A stretch of 64,000 nt of DNA, from positions 19,477 through 83,476 of the forward strand of contig JAWDMM010000001.1 in NCBI GenBank assembly GCA_046536595.1, in the 5' to 3' direction. Positions 36,616-44,199 of this stretch are shown here, one piece after another; position 1 is the stretch's first letter; each line of letters opens with the position of its first letter. The notes under the pieces are model-generated. The model had not been told where the DNA came from, did not search any database, and saw nothing but the letters and a program-made list of their open reading frames with translations. A program made the position numbers and the translations under genes. Source of the stretch: Nitrososphaeria archaeon. Its GTDB lineage: Archaea > Thermoproteota > Nitrososphaeria > Conexivisphaerales > UBA164.

Positions 36616-36917
36616 CATCCTCCCCGCCTTAAAAGGCGATGGTTCCTTCAAGGCGGATCATGGGTTCGTGGTTTACCGCCTTCATCTTCATCGCTTCATA
36701 GCTAGTGGGATTTACCCACCCCGCTCCGCTCGTCCAGCGGTAGACCACGGGCTGTGTCTTCAGCCACTTACCCCTATCCTTAACGGACTCGGGGATATGT
36801 AGAGCCCTCATGTGGCATTCCCTTACGGGACACGCTTTAATACGCTTTACAAGGTTTTAGTATTTAAATTTTACCCCGCCTCTAGAAGAGGCGGGGCTTT
36901 CGTTCATTTTGCAACAG
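36608..36917 (-). mobile_element. IS200/IS605-type relic (long copy 'A'): LE hairpin, TATA box, GC-rich RNA-like body and RE, with no tnpA or tnpB
   Basis: Both ends recur at 41094-41150 (20/21 and about 37/41 nt identical). It contains a perfect hairpin ccccgcctc-tagaa-gaggcgggg (36874-36896). GC content is clearly above the flanks. An internal frame ends ...GAGWVNPTSYEAMKMKAVNHEPMIRLEG*, which resembles TnpB C-terminal tails as I remember them. Confidence 0.5.
36617..36838 (-). ncRNA. Candidate structured RNA (omega/reRNA-like scaffold) encoded by the relic
   Basis: The minus-strand TATA aaatttaaata (36861-36873) lies about 25 nt upstream. The body holds many compatible stems: tccc-gtaa-ggga, ggctg-aagaca-cagcc, ccgct-ggacg-agcgg, gtggg-taaat-cccac, and aaggcgg...ccgcctt nested inside gcgatg...catcgc. 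There is no covariation or expression evidence. Confidence 0.3.
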
Positions 36918-38334
36918 AAATGTTTTTACTTATATAGTTATTAGCAAAGAAAGAAACGATCAAAGTCAAGAAGCTAAAGATCAATCCAGTTAAGAATATG
37001 TAATTAAAAGCTAAAGTCCCTGCTTCGCTGAACATTTCTTTAAAAACTGAAGCTGTTGCCCCATAAACCACATAGTACTTATAGTCAGTCATAAAGGTTG
37101 CAGCAAGCACTGGACCTACGGAAGATCCCAAAAATCTTACCATTGTATTGAAACCAAGTCCAACAGCTACATTTTCGGGAGGCATAGAAACGGCAATCAT
37201 GTTAACCATGGGTATCATTATCGATACAACGCCAACGCCAGTAATAAAAGAATCGATTACTAGTTGCAGAGGGGTTGCCCTATAATTAATCATTAGCCAA
37301 AATCCTGTCATGGATACTAAACTTCCGTAAATCAGGACATATTTAGGCCCAATGGTTGATGTTGCAGAACCTGCAAGCGGTGCTATAAAAATCATTGCCA
37401 GCGTTGCGGGAAAAAGCGTAAGAGCGGCGTTTAAAACCGAAAGACCCAAGCCATAAGGAGGTAGTTCTTCTGAATAATATATTACTCCAAGAAAAAGGGT
37501 AAACATGGCTACGCCTGAAAGAAACCCTGAGAGGTTCGCAACAAACACGTTCCTCTTTTTTAGCAGGTTTAAAGAAATAAGGGGGTTTGATGCTTTTGAA
37601 GCATAGAACAGGTAACCAGAAAAAAGTAACACGCCAAGAAAGAGCAAAATTAGCTGTTCGAAGCTTAACCATCCTCTGTACGGCGTTTCCGTTAAATAGA
37701 TTAAAATTAGGGCAGTACCCGAAGATAGAATTACAGTACTCAAGTAATCCACTTTTTCTTTATGCGGTGGCGCTACACCTCCTATCACAATATATGCAAA
37801 AAAGAGCATTAACGCGGCAAATACAAACCCAATATGAAACATCATTCTCCAGCCAAAATATTCTTCTATGTAGGCTCCTGCTATCATGCCTATGGTCATT
37901 CCTATTGCAACCATAGCGCTTATGATTCCTTGTGCCAATGCCACCTTTTCTTTTGGAAATATGTCAGTAACTATTGCTAAGCTTAAAGGAAAAAGAGAAA
38001 AGCCAAACCCCTGTACAGCCCTTATAGCTATGAGAAAGTACACATTTGGAGAAAAACCAGCCAGCAGGACGGCTAAAGTATAAACCAAAAGAGACGCAAG
38101 ATAAAGCTTCTTCTTCCCATAAACATCTCCCAGTTTTCCAAAAAGAGGAGCGACAGCTGCGCCGACTATAAGGTAAGACGATACTATCCATGCGGCCTGT
38201 TCGCTTGATGCTGATAGGATGCTTTCAATTTTTGGAAGGGAAGGTATAACCATTGCTTCCACATACATAGTTAAAAGCGAAACAAAAGTTAACACTATTA
38301 ATGTAGCATAAGGTCCTCCCCTTCCGGAGTTCAT
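36904..38334 (-). CDS. MFS transporter, 14-TMS DHA2 (EmrB/QacA-like) type
   Basis: 476 aa and hydrophobic throughout. Motif A-like 'GKLGDVYGKKKLY'. The last two codons and the stop (gca aaa tga) lie inside the IS-derived element. Confidence 0.85.
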   Translation of the reverse strand: MNSGRGGPYATLIVLTFVSLLTMYVEAMVIPSLPKIESILSASSEQAAWIVSSYLIVGAAVAPLFGKLGDVYGKKKLYLASLLVYTLAVLLAGFSPNVYFLIAIRAVQGFGFSLFPLSLAIVTDIFPKEKVALAQGIISAMVAIGMTIGMIAGAYIEEYFGWRMMFHIGFVFAALMLFFAYIVIGGVAPPHKEKVDYLSTVILSSGTALILIYLTETPYRGWLSFEQLILLFLGVLLFSGYLFYASKASNPLISLNLLKKRNVFVANLSGFLSGVAMFTLFLGVIYYSEELPPYGLGLSVLNAALTLFPATLAMIFIAPLAGSATSTIGPKYVLIYGSLVSMTGFWLMINYRATPLQLVIDSFITGVGVVSIMIPMVNMIAVSMPPENVAVGLGFNTMVRFLGSSVGPVLAATFMTDYKYYVVYGATASVFKEMFSEAGTLAFNYIFLTGLIFSFLTLIVSFFANNYISKNISVAK

Positions 38335-38335
38335 T

Positions 38336-39622
38336 TTACTTCCTCCTTATTCCATATATAGCCATTATAATCAGTATGAGCAGCACTATTCCTGCGGTTA
38401 TATAAAGTATATCGCCTCTAAAGCCATCAAAGAGACTGTAAGAAGTAACATTGATAGGAACGTCTATTACCTGGTACATGGTTTGCATTGTTGGAGGCTG
38501 CCTCCAGCTTATGAGCAATGGAAGATAGTAAGTCGATGGTTTTATGCCTGAAGCCACGTTTACAACATAGCTAACTGTAAATGTCTGGCCTTTTGCTATG
38601 TTGTAGAAGGTTTGATTTATCGATGATGCACCTATTATTGGATTTTCGCTTGATGGAGAATAAGGACTGAATACTGGATTGTAAAGTAAAGTTACGGTAA
38701 CAAATTTTGCGTTAAAGCCGCCTATGTTCGTTATGTTGATGTTAACGTATTCATCGTTGCCTCCAGGGGTCATTCTGGCGTAGGAACTTCCGCTTAACTG
38801 AAAATATGCCGCGGGTTTTACCTGAACAGGCAGGCTAATGTTGTAAATATTAACTGGTGTCTTTATATTCAGTACGACTGTAGCGTTTATAGCAGTTGGC
38901 GTTTGGGTTTGATAATTTATAACAAAAGGAAAAGTTAAGTTTACGATGTCTCCAGGAGGTAAATAAGATAGAAACGCAGTATTCGAAGATGGATTAAGGG
39001 GTTCAAGAGGTTTCTCAAATATTGCTGTAACGTTGATGTCTTTTGCCATGACGTTTCCGTTATTCGTCAGGTATACAGTTATACCACCCGCATACATGCC
39101 AGAGTAAATCGTTATGGGCACCGTTTTAAATCCAACAAGCTTTATATTATAACTGCCGATTATAGGTACCTTAAAAGAAACGTTTTCATTTGCCGATAAA
39201 AATTCTTCTCCAAGTTGCGGGACCTGAACCAAAATTTTATAGCTTATTTTTATGGTTTGATTGTAAACCATGTTCTTTGCCTGTTTACTTATGTTAAAAA
39301 ATCCTGCAAGGTTCAGCTCCTGTCCTGGGTTTAATTCAGGGAGGAAAACTGTTATGTTCCCCTGACCTGGGATCGAGCTTAATGGAAATGTAGGTGAGTA
39401 AGTAATGTTAACATCATACAGCGTTAAAGGTCCTAGATATGTTATTTGCACAGTCAATGGTAGGTCTGAAGCTCCCGGATATGCTAATATTGGAGATTGC
39501 TGTGTTCCCCAGATCGAATAAACAGCAAAAACAGGAGAACTCTGTGAAGATGCCGTTGCTGCGTTTACCGTTCCGAAAAAGCTTACCATCGTTATCAAAA
39601 GAAGCGCGATTATGACTTTCAT
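38336..39622 (-). CDS. Secreted, C-terminally anchored surface (glyco)protein
   Basis: 428 aa. Signal peptide 'MKVIIALLLITMVSFFGTVNA', C-terminal TM plus 'GIRRK', beta-rich repeats, and about 12 N-x-S/T sequons by my count. Its stop codon lies 1 nt before the MFS ATG. Confidence 0.6.
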   Translation of the reverse strand: MKVIIALLLITMVSFFGTVNAATASSQSSPVFAVYSIWGTQQSPILAYPGASDLPLTVQITYLGPLTLYDVNITYSPTFPLSSIPGQGNITVFLPELNPGQELNLAGFFNISKQAKNMVYNQTIKISYKILVQVPQLGEEFLSANENVSFKVPIIGSYNIKLVGFKTVPITIYSGMYAGGITVYLTNNGNVMAKDINVTAIFEKPLEPLNPSSNTAFLSYLPPGDIVNLTFPFVINYQTQTPTAINATVVLNIKTPVNIYNISLPVQVKPAAYFQLSGSSYARMTPGGNDEYVNINITNIGGFNAKFVTVTLLYNPVFSPYSPSSENPIIGASSINQTFYNIAKGQTFTVSYVVNVASGIKPSTYYLPLLISWRQPPTMQTMYQVIDVPINVTSYSLFDGFRGDILYITAGIVLLILIIMAIYGIRRK

Positions 39623-39766
39623 AACATAGATATATCAAAGTCTGCTTTAAAAATTTTTTTAAAAATGCAGCGATTTAATCAAGAGATTTATTTTTGGTAT
39701 CTTGCTTAATTTATACTCAGAAGGATTAACATAATGTTAATATATTATAGCTAAAAATTTGGAATT

Positions 39767-40048
39767 ATGTCTGCATCAAACAACTTAGAAAACGAAAAGA
39801 AGATCGAACAGGTTATCCAGCAGCTTACGCCTTTGTTAGCTAATAAGGGTATTCCACGAAGTTTAAGGAACATGTTAAAAGAAACTCTAGATCAATTACA
39901 GGACAACAGCGTAAGTCCTGCAATAAGGGCAGCCAACACAGTAAGTGTTCTGGAGGAAATATCCCAAGATCCTAACATACCTTCACATGTAAGGGTTTTA
40001 ATCTGGAACATGATGTCTTTACTAGAAACGATTCGTGAAACCAGCTAA
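39767..40048 (+). CDS. UPF0147-family small archaeal protein
   Basis: 93 aa. 'IPRSLRNMLKE...SPAIRAANTVSVLEEISQDPNIPSHVRVLIWNMMSLLE' matches the UPF0147 pattern as I remember it. Confidence 0.7.
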   Translation: MSASNNLENEKKIEQVIQQLTPLLANKGIPRSLRNMLKETLDQLQDNSVSPAIRAANTVSVLEEISQDPNIPSHVRVLIWNMMSLLETIRETS

Positions 40049-40179
40049 AATTACAGAATTTTATCGCATCTAGTTTACTTTGAACTAATTTAGGAAAGCT
40101 ATTTTAAAAAATGTCTTGTTGAAAAAATAATTCTATGAAAAAGAATGCTTTTTTATACTGGTTGTTATAATATAAGAAT

Positions 40180-40494
40180 ATGGTACTTGTAAAAGTCAGT
40201 AGAATAACTGGTATGAACGATCCAATAACAGGAACGCCTGGAAGGCTAATTGAATTAACAGAATATTCAACCATTCCTTTTCCTGGAGATGAAATGACAA
40301 AGAGCTTTTTATCACAGCTGCAGGCTATATTCCCGATACAATCAGTTAAGGAGTTGTGGACTCCAAAGCTAGTTCTGTTTTTAAAAGAAAACGAATACCT
40401 GCAACTGGGAATACAGTTTGAGGTTAATGATATATATGAGGTAACGTTTGAAAAAGGCAGTATTGTTTTTAAAAGATCTACAGCGGAACGCTGA
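40180..40494 (+). CDS. Hypothetical protein (104 aa)
   Basis: Supported only as an ORF. It lies 13 nt upstream of the RecA-fold gene on the same strand. Confidence 0.4.
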   Translation: MVLVKVSRITGMNDPITGTPGRLIELTEYSTIPFPGDEMTKSFLSQLQAIFPIQSVKELWTPKLVLFLKENEYLQLGIQFEVNDIYEVTFEKGSIVFKRSTAER

Positions 40495-40507
40495 AACAGA
40501 ATCTTAA

Positions 40508-41101
40508 ATGATATATTCTAGCGAATTTCTGTATAAAAAGTGTGAAAACTGTTATGTTGAAATTTTCGGTGACTTGAAATCAAAAAAAGAAATGATACTG
40601 ATTTCAATTGCGCTGGAAAAAGCGTCAATGGGCGAAGTGGTTTTATACATAGATAGCAGGGGCTCTTTCAAACCGGAAAAAATTGTAGAAGATAACATGA
40701 TAAAAATCGAAATCATGGGAAGAATTGATGTGCTCAAAGCTACAGAGCCAGGATTCCTTTTTGAAAAAATTTCAAGGTTGATAGCTAACAAAAGATACAA
40801 AACGATACTCTGGGATGGCATGTCATTGCCTTTTTATGAAGTACAGATATTTCACGAGCTTTCGTTTTTATCAAGATTGCTTTCTCTTTACGCTATAAGA
40901 GGTAATACTGTTGTTGTAACAAATCCAATAATCTCAATAAAAGGAAAACCCCTTGGTTACCTGTATACAGACCCATACGTACACATGAGAATTAAAGCTG
41001 AAATCGTAAAAGAAAACGAAGGAAGAGCCACTTCTTATGGCTGGTCAGCAAAGTATTTTATAGATGGAGCATATGTAAAGTTTGAAGAACTTTATTTCTG
41101 A
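40508..41101 (+). CDS. RecA/RadB-fold protein with a degenerate Walker A (putative pseudo-ATPase)
   Basis: 197 aa. 'VEIFGDLKSKKEMILISIALEKASMGEVVLYIDSRGSFKPEKI' aligns by eye to the RadA/RadB pattern 'iyGe.GsGKT....a.....g.v.yIDTEg.f.peRi', with GxxGxGKT replaced. 'TILWDGMS' sits at the Walker B position and 'VVVTNPI' corresponds to 'v.vTNQv'. The stop codon lies inside repeat copy B. Confidence 0.4.
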   Translation: MIYSSEFLYKKCENCYVEIFGDLKSKKEMILISIALEKASMGEVVLYIDSRGSFKPEKIVEDNMIKIEIMGRIDVLKATEPGFLFEKISRLIANKRYKTILWDGMSLPFYEVQIFHELSFLSRLLSLYAIRGNTVVVTNPIISIKGKPLGYLYTDPYVHMRIKAEIVKENEGRATSYGWSAKYFIDGAYVKFEELYF

Positions 41102-41150
41102 CCTCCTCCCCGCACTTGAAGAGGCGAGGCTTTCGTTCATTTTGTAAAAG
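41094..41150 (-). repeat. 57-bp miniature copy 'B' of the IS200/IS605-type element (LE fused to RE)
   Basis: Copy B reads atttctgacctcctccccgcacttgaagaggcgaggctttcgttcattttgtaaaag. It equals the two ends of copy A joined at the shared ggcgggg/ccccgcc heptamer. Confidence 0.55.
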
Positions 41151-41460
41151 CCATAGTATTATACAGATTGATCATTCTTTGATTAAACTTTCCTTTAATA
41201 ATCTTTTTTTTTGAGCCTTAGCTCTTCAGACCGCTCCTGAATATTTAGCTTTGCCCTGTCCTCAGGTGAGCTCTAAAATTTTGTCCATTTTAACTTTCAT
41301 TAATAATTTTATGGTTTTCTGATTCTCTCTTCTGAGCGGCGTTTGCTCTCCTTCTACCTTCTCTATAAAATTCTTCTTTACGTTTGGATGCACAGAAATC
41401 ACCTTTAGTTATTTAAAAAAACTACTAAAAAGGTGCGGAAGTCTCCTTAACCCTTATGCG

Positions 41461-42444
41461 TTAATAGTTTAAAAGCTCCCTTAAAGCTATGGTTGCAAAC
41501 ATTCCTTTATAAAGTATAAAATTCACAGTTGCTTCTTTTGCATTTCTATCAATACGGAAATTAACGCTATGCGTGATCATTTTAGCTGGCCTGATGCCAC
41601 CTTCCTGACTTAACTCTTTAAGTTCATCTATGTAAAAGTGGCGGAATTTTATTCCTTCTTCTTTTGCGACTTCTACCAGTGCCTTGGAATAAATATCGCC
41701 TTTGTCCCTAAAACCGTAACCCGGAAGGTAAGCTACTTCAGTTTTTCCGTTAAAAAAACCTTCAGCGAAATTGATAGTTGTGGGTTGACCTTTAACTTCT
41801 CCGTTCAGAACTTTGGAAATTTCTCTGTTAAAAAGGTACGATTGATAAGCCTGTACATAGAATCTTTTTAACCAGAGAGGCACAGCAGCAAGACCTTCGT
41901 ACCCAGAATTTCTCACAAGTTCGTCTGCTTTTTTAAAGTCCCTCTTTACCAAAGCTTCGCCTATAATATGATTATTGTTTGAAAACCTCTGATAGCCATA
42001 AAAATTTGGAGCTGTCCAGGTTTCCAGTATTTTTTTCCAATTAAGGAATGCCGTTTCTTCGCAGTCGCAATCCCTTATTTTGATCTTAAACGCATTTCCT
42101 AGAAGATCTTTCCTTGTCAACATTCTTTTAGTCCTACCTACTATTCTTATTTTGAGCCCCTCTACATCTTTTAATACTACCTTAACCCTCTTAAAAGAAA
42201 TGAAAAAATACGCTAAAGCTTCTTTATCCTTTATGCCAAGATAGTTTGCAGTGTTCCCCAAGATCTTTCTGACTAAAGCGTGCTCTAAATTGTTTTTTTC
42301 TGCAACCGCAAGAAGATGCTTACCCTCTTTAAAAGATAACCCCTTCTTTATAATCTCTGCGACAACAAAATCTTCTGGATAAACCTTTATCTTTCCCTTT
42401 ATCCTTATATTGTTTAAGGGTTCTGCGTTTATTCCTGGTATCAT
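41461..42444 (-). CDS. truD: tRNA pseudouridine synthase TruD/Pus7 family
   Basis: 327 aa. Carries 'VYPEDFVVAEI', the catalytic-Asp motif 'LGIKDKEALA', and 'PNFYGYQRF'. Confidence 0.85.
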   Translation of the reverse strand: MIPGINAEPLNNIRIKGKIKVYPEDFVVAEIIKKGLSFKEGKHLLAVAEKNNLEHALVRKILGNTANYLGIKDKEALAYFFISFKRVKVVLKDVEGLKIRIVGRTKRMLTRKDLLGNAFKIKIRDCDCEETAFLNWKKILETWTAPNFYGYQRFSNNNHIIGEALVKRDFKKADELVRNSGYEGLAAVPLWLKRFYVQAYQSYLFNREISKVLNGEVKGQPTTINFAEGFFNGKTEVAYLPGYGFRDKGDIYSKALVEVAKEEGIKFRHFYIDELKELSQEGGIRPAKMITHSVNFRIDRNAKEATVNFILYKGMFATIALRELLNY

Positions 42445-42797
42445 AATAGCCTGAGCTTTCCAGTTACCTGATCTATTTTGCTTTCTGGTCCTGGTCCTAT
42501 AGCGGCAGCAGTTTTGGTGCCTGGAGGCACTTCGGTTAAACCCATGTCCTCTACAATATATGTTATAAGACCAAGAGATTCTGCCTTCCTGACTAGATCT
42601 ATCATTTCAGATTCAGAATTAACTTTTAGAGCGATCTTTGCCGCTCCCTGTGTATACCAGCTTGAAAAAACTTCAGGCATCATATCCCTGCACATAAGCG
42701 CTGCTGCGACAGCCGCGTGAGCGCCCTGAGCTACCATCTTGCCCCTGCTCATCTTAAGGTCAGTCCTTATAAGTAAAGACATTTTATAATGCTCCAA
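42441..42797 (-). CDS. pth2: Peptidyl-tRNA hydrolase, archaeal Pth2 type
   Basis: 118 aa. Carries 'RTDLKMSRGKMVAQGAHAAV' and 'TEVPPGTKTAAAIGP'. The true start may be the internal Met, since the 5' end overlaps the DUF1116 gene by 14 nt. Confidence 0.9.
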   Translation of the reverse strand: MEHYKMSLLIRTDLKMSRGKMVAQGAHAAVAAALMCRDMMPEVFSSWYTQGAAKIALKVNSESEMIDLVRKAESLGLITYIVEDMGLTEVPPGTKTAAAIGPGPESKIDQVTGKLRLL

Positions 42798-44199
42798 TTA
42801 TTTCTCCATACCTTTCAAGAGCCTTTGTGAAACATAGCATAGGTGCTTGAACAATACCAAATCCAACTGTGCCCCTGCCAGCTAATTTATGAGCCACACC
42901 TGTATTTATGTAAGGGGCTGTACTTGTGTCTAAAACCAATCTGAGGTCTATTCCTCTTGGAACACCTTCAAAATTCATGTAAGGTATTGGAAAACTTTTA
43001 TCTTTGATCATAGTTATTTCATACATAAGCCTTGTTATCCTTAACGCTTCACTTACTGAAGCTCCCGTAACCTGAGCTACTGCCGGTGAAGCTGCAGATG
43101 CAAAAGCGCCGAATCCGTTAGTTTCCATGATAGCGCTGTCTCCTATGTCCGGGTTTGCGTCGCCCTCCTTGAAACCGGGGAAGAAAAGCGTTTTTGGGAC
43201 AGGCGCTGGAGCCACAAACCACTCTTTGCCAAGCCCAGAAACCTTTATTCCGAAGTCTGTACCGTTCCTTGATAACACAGTCACAAGGGTGCTGCCCTTT
43301 ATGTTAGAAGCTGAATCCATCATGACCTTGCCAGCAGCCATAGCGAGGTTTAAAAAGAAAAGCTGGTTCTTGGCTATAAATTCGTAACTTTTTGATACTT
43401 CGCTTCTGGCGAACCCCCTTCCCTCAATGTAAGGGCCAATTTCACCTAGAAAAAGAAGAGTGCTTGCATTATTTCTTGTGTGAAGTTCGTCGCCCATCTG
43501 AAGGGCCTGAGACATTATAGGCCTTAGCGGCAGAGGACCATGAGATTTCAGAGCTTCTTTAAGTATTGGAAATAGGATTTCTTTCATCCACTTTAACCTG
43601 TCTATGACTTCTTTAGAATAAGCGCCGTACCTTAAGACCTTCCCAACACCTTCGTTAAAGTTTGTATAAGCAACGTTAGTTCCTTTGGAGTTTTTAACTA
43701 TAAATAATGGCATGTTCTCAGAAATAACTCCTGCCATAGGCCCTACAGCAGATACATCGTGGTTTGGAATAAACCCTAATTTTTCAGACCTGATAAGCTC
43801 TTCCACATCTTTTTCATCCTTTGCAAGACCTTCATAAATTGCAGCACCTATCACAGCACCTTTTAGAGGTCCAGACATCCTTTCCCAGGATATGGGAGGA
43901 CCTGCGTGCCCGAAAATTCTGCTGTTAATTTCCGGTATTACCTCTTTTGCGAGTTTTATATCTACAAGAACCGGATCTGCCGAAGTAAAAGCTTCTATTG
44001 CTTTTTTGTTTGCTTCTTCAGTTTCTTCTGTTTCCAGAGCTTCCAATACTTTTAAAAGCCTTGGGACGCCTCCGCCCGGAGGTTTCCATTCTACCTTAAC
44101 GGCTTCTGCGCCTTCTTTAATCAGGTCCTGATAAAAGCTGTCAAGGCCCACGTTCAGAACTTTTACCTTTTTTTCAAATATGCTGCTCATGCCAATCAC
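42784..44199 (-). CDS. DUF1116 protein (YlbE-like partner of FdrA)
   Basis: 471 aa. It overlaps fdrA by 4 nt. Size and position match the conserved fdrA-ylbE pairing. The family assignment is from memory and context. Confidence 0.7.
   Translation of the reverse strand: MIGMSSIFEKKVKVLNVGLDSFYQDLIKEGAEAVKVEWKPPGGGVPRLLKVLEALETEETEEANKKAIEAFTSADPVLVDIKLAKEVIPEINSRIFGHAGPPISWERMSGPLKGAVIGAAIYEGLAKDEKDVEELIRSEKLGFIPNHDVSAVGPMAGVISENMPLFIVKNSKGTNVAYTNFNEGVGKVLRYGAYSKEVIDRLKWMKEILFPILKEALKSHGPLPLRPIMSQALQMGDELHTRNNASTLLFLGEIGPYIEGRGFARSEVSKSYEFIAKNQLFFLNLAMAAGKVMMDSASNIKGSTLVTVLSRNGTDFGIKVSGLGKEWFVAPAPVPKTLFFPGFKEGDANPDIGDSAIMETNGFGAFASAASPAVAQVTGASVSEALRITRLMYEITMIKDKSFPIPYMNFEGVPRGIDLRLVLDTSTAPYINTGVAHKLAGRGTVGFGIVQAPMLCFTKALERYGEIIGAL

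Noticed and set aside
36629-36811. Track ORF (60 aa, minus strand) as a genuine protein gene.
   Set aside because: It lies entirely within the GC-rich IS-derived relic. It has no recognisable domain apart from a TnpB-tail-like end, and there is no ribosome-binding context. I treat it as a residual frame of a deleted tnpB.
36601-36838. Possible RNase P RNA. The minus strand contains gagtccg, which is CR-I/P4-like with the bulged U. It also contains gggtaaatcccac, similar to GGUAAACCCCAC, and ends gtcagaaatcggcttc, similar to CR-V ACAGAAnnCGGCUUA.
   Set aside because: No GAGGAAAGUCC core is present. I could find no P1/P2/P3 pairing partners on either side, and the region is too short (about 230 nt) for a type A RNA. 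The 'CR-V-like' 3' end is exactly the terminal sequence shared with the 57-bp repeat at 41094, so it is an IS end. The sequence downstream is a CBS coding fragment. A cmscan with the Rfam RNase P models would settle the question.
41151-41405. Possible small minus-strand gene: MISVHPNVKKNFIEKVEGEQTPLRRENQKTIKLLMKVKMDKILELT, continued in other frames as PEDRAKLNIQERSEELRLKKK and then IIKGKFNQRMINLYNTMAFTK*. A TATA-like tttaaata lies upstream.
   Set aside because: It needs two frameshifts, one at a run of nine A residues, to give about 88 aa, and I recognise no family. It could be a decayed gene, but I cannot support it as a feature.
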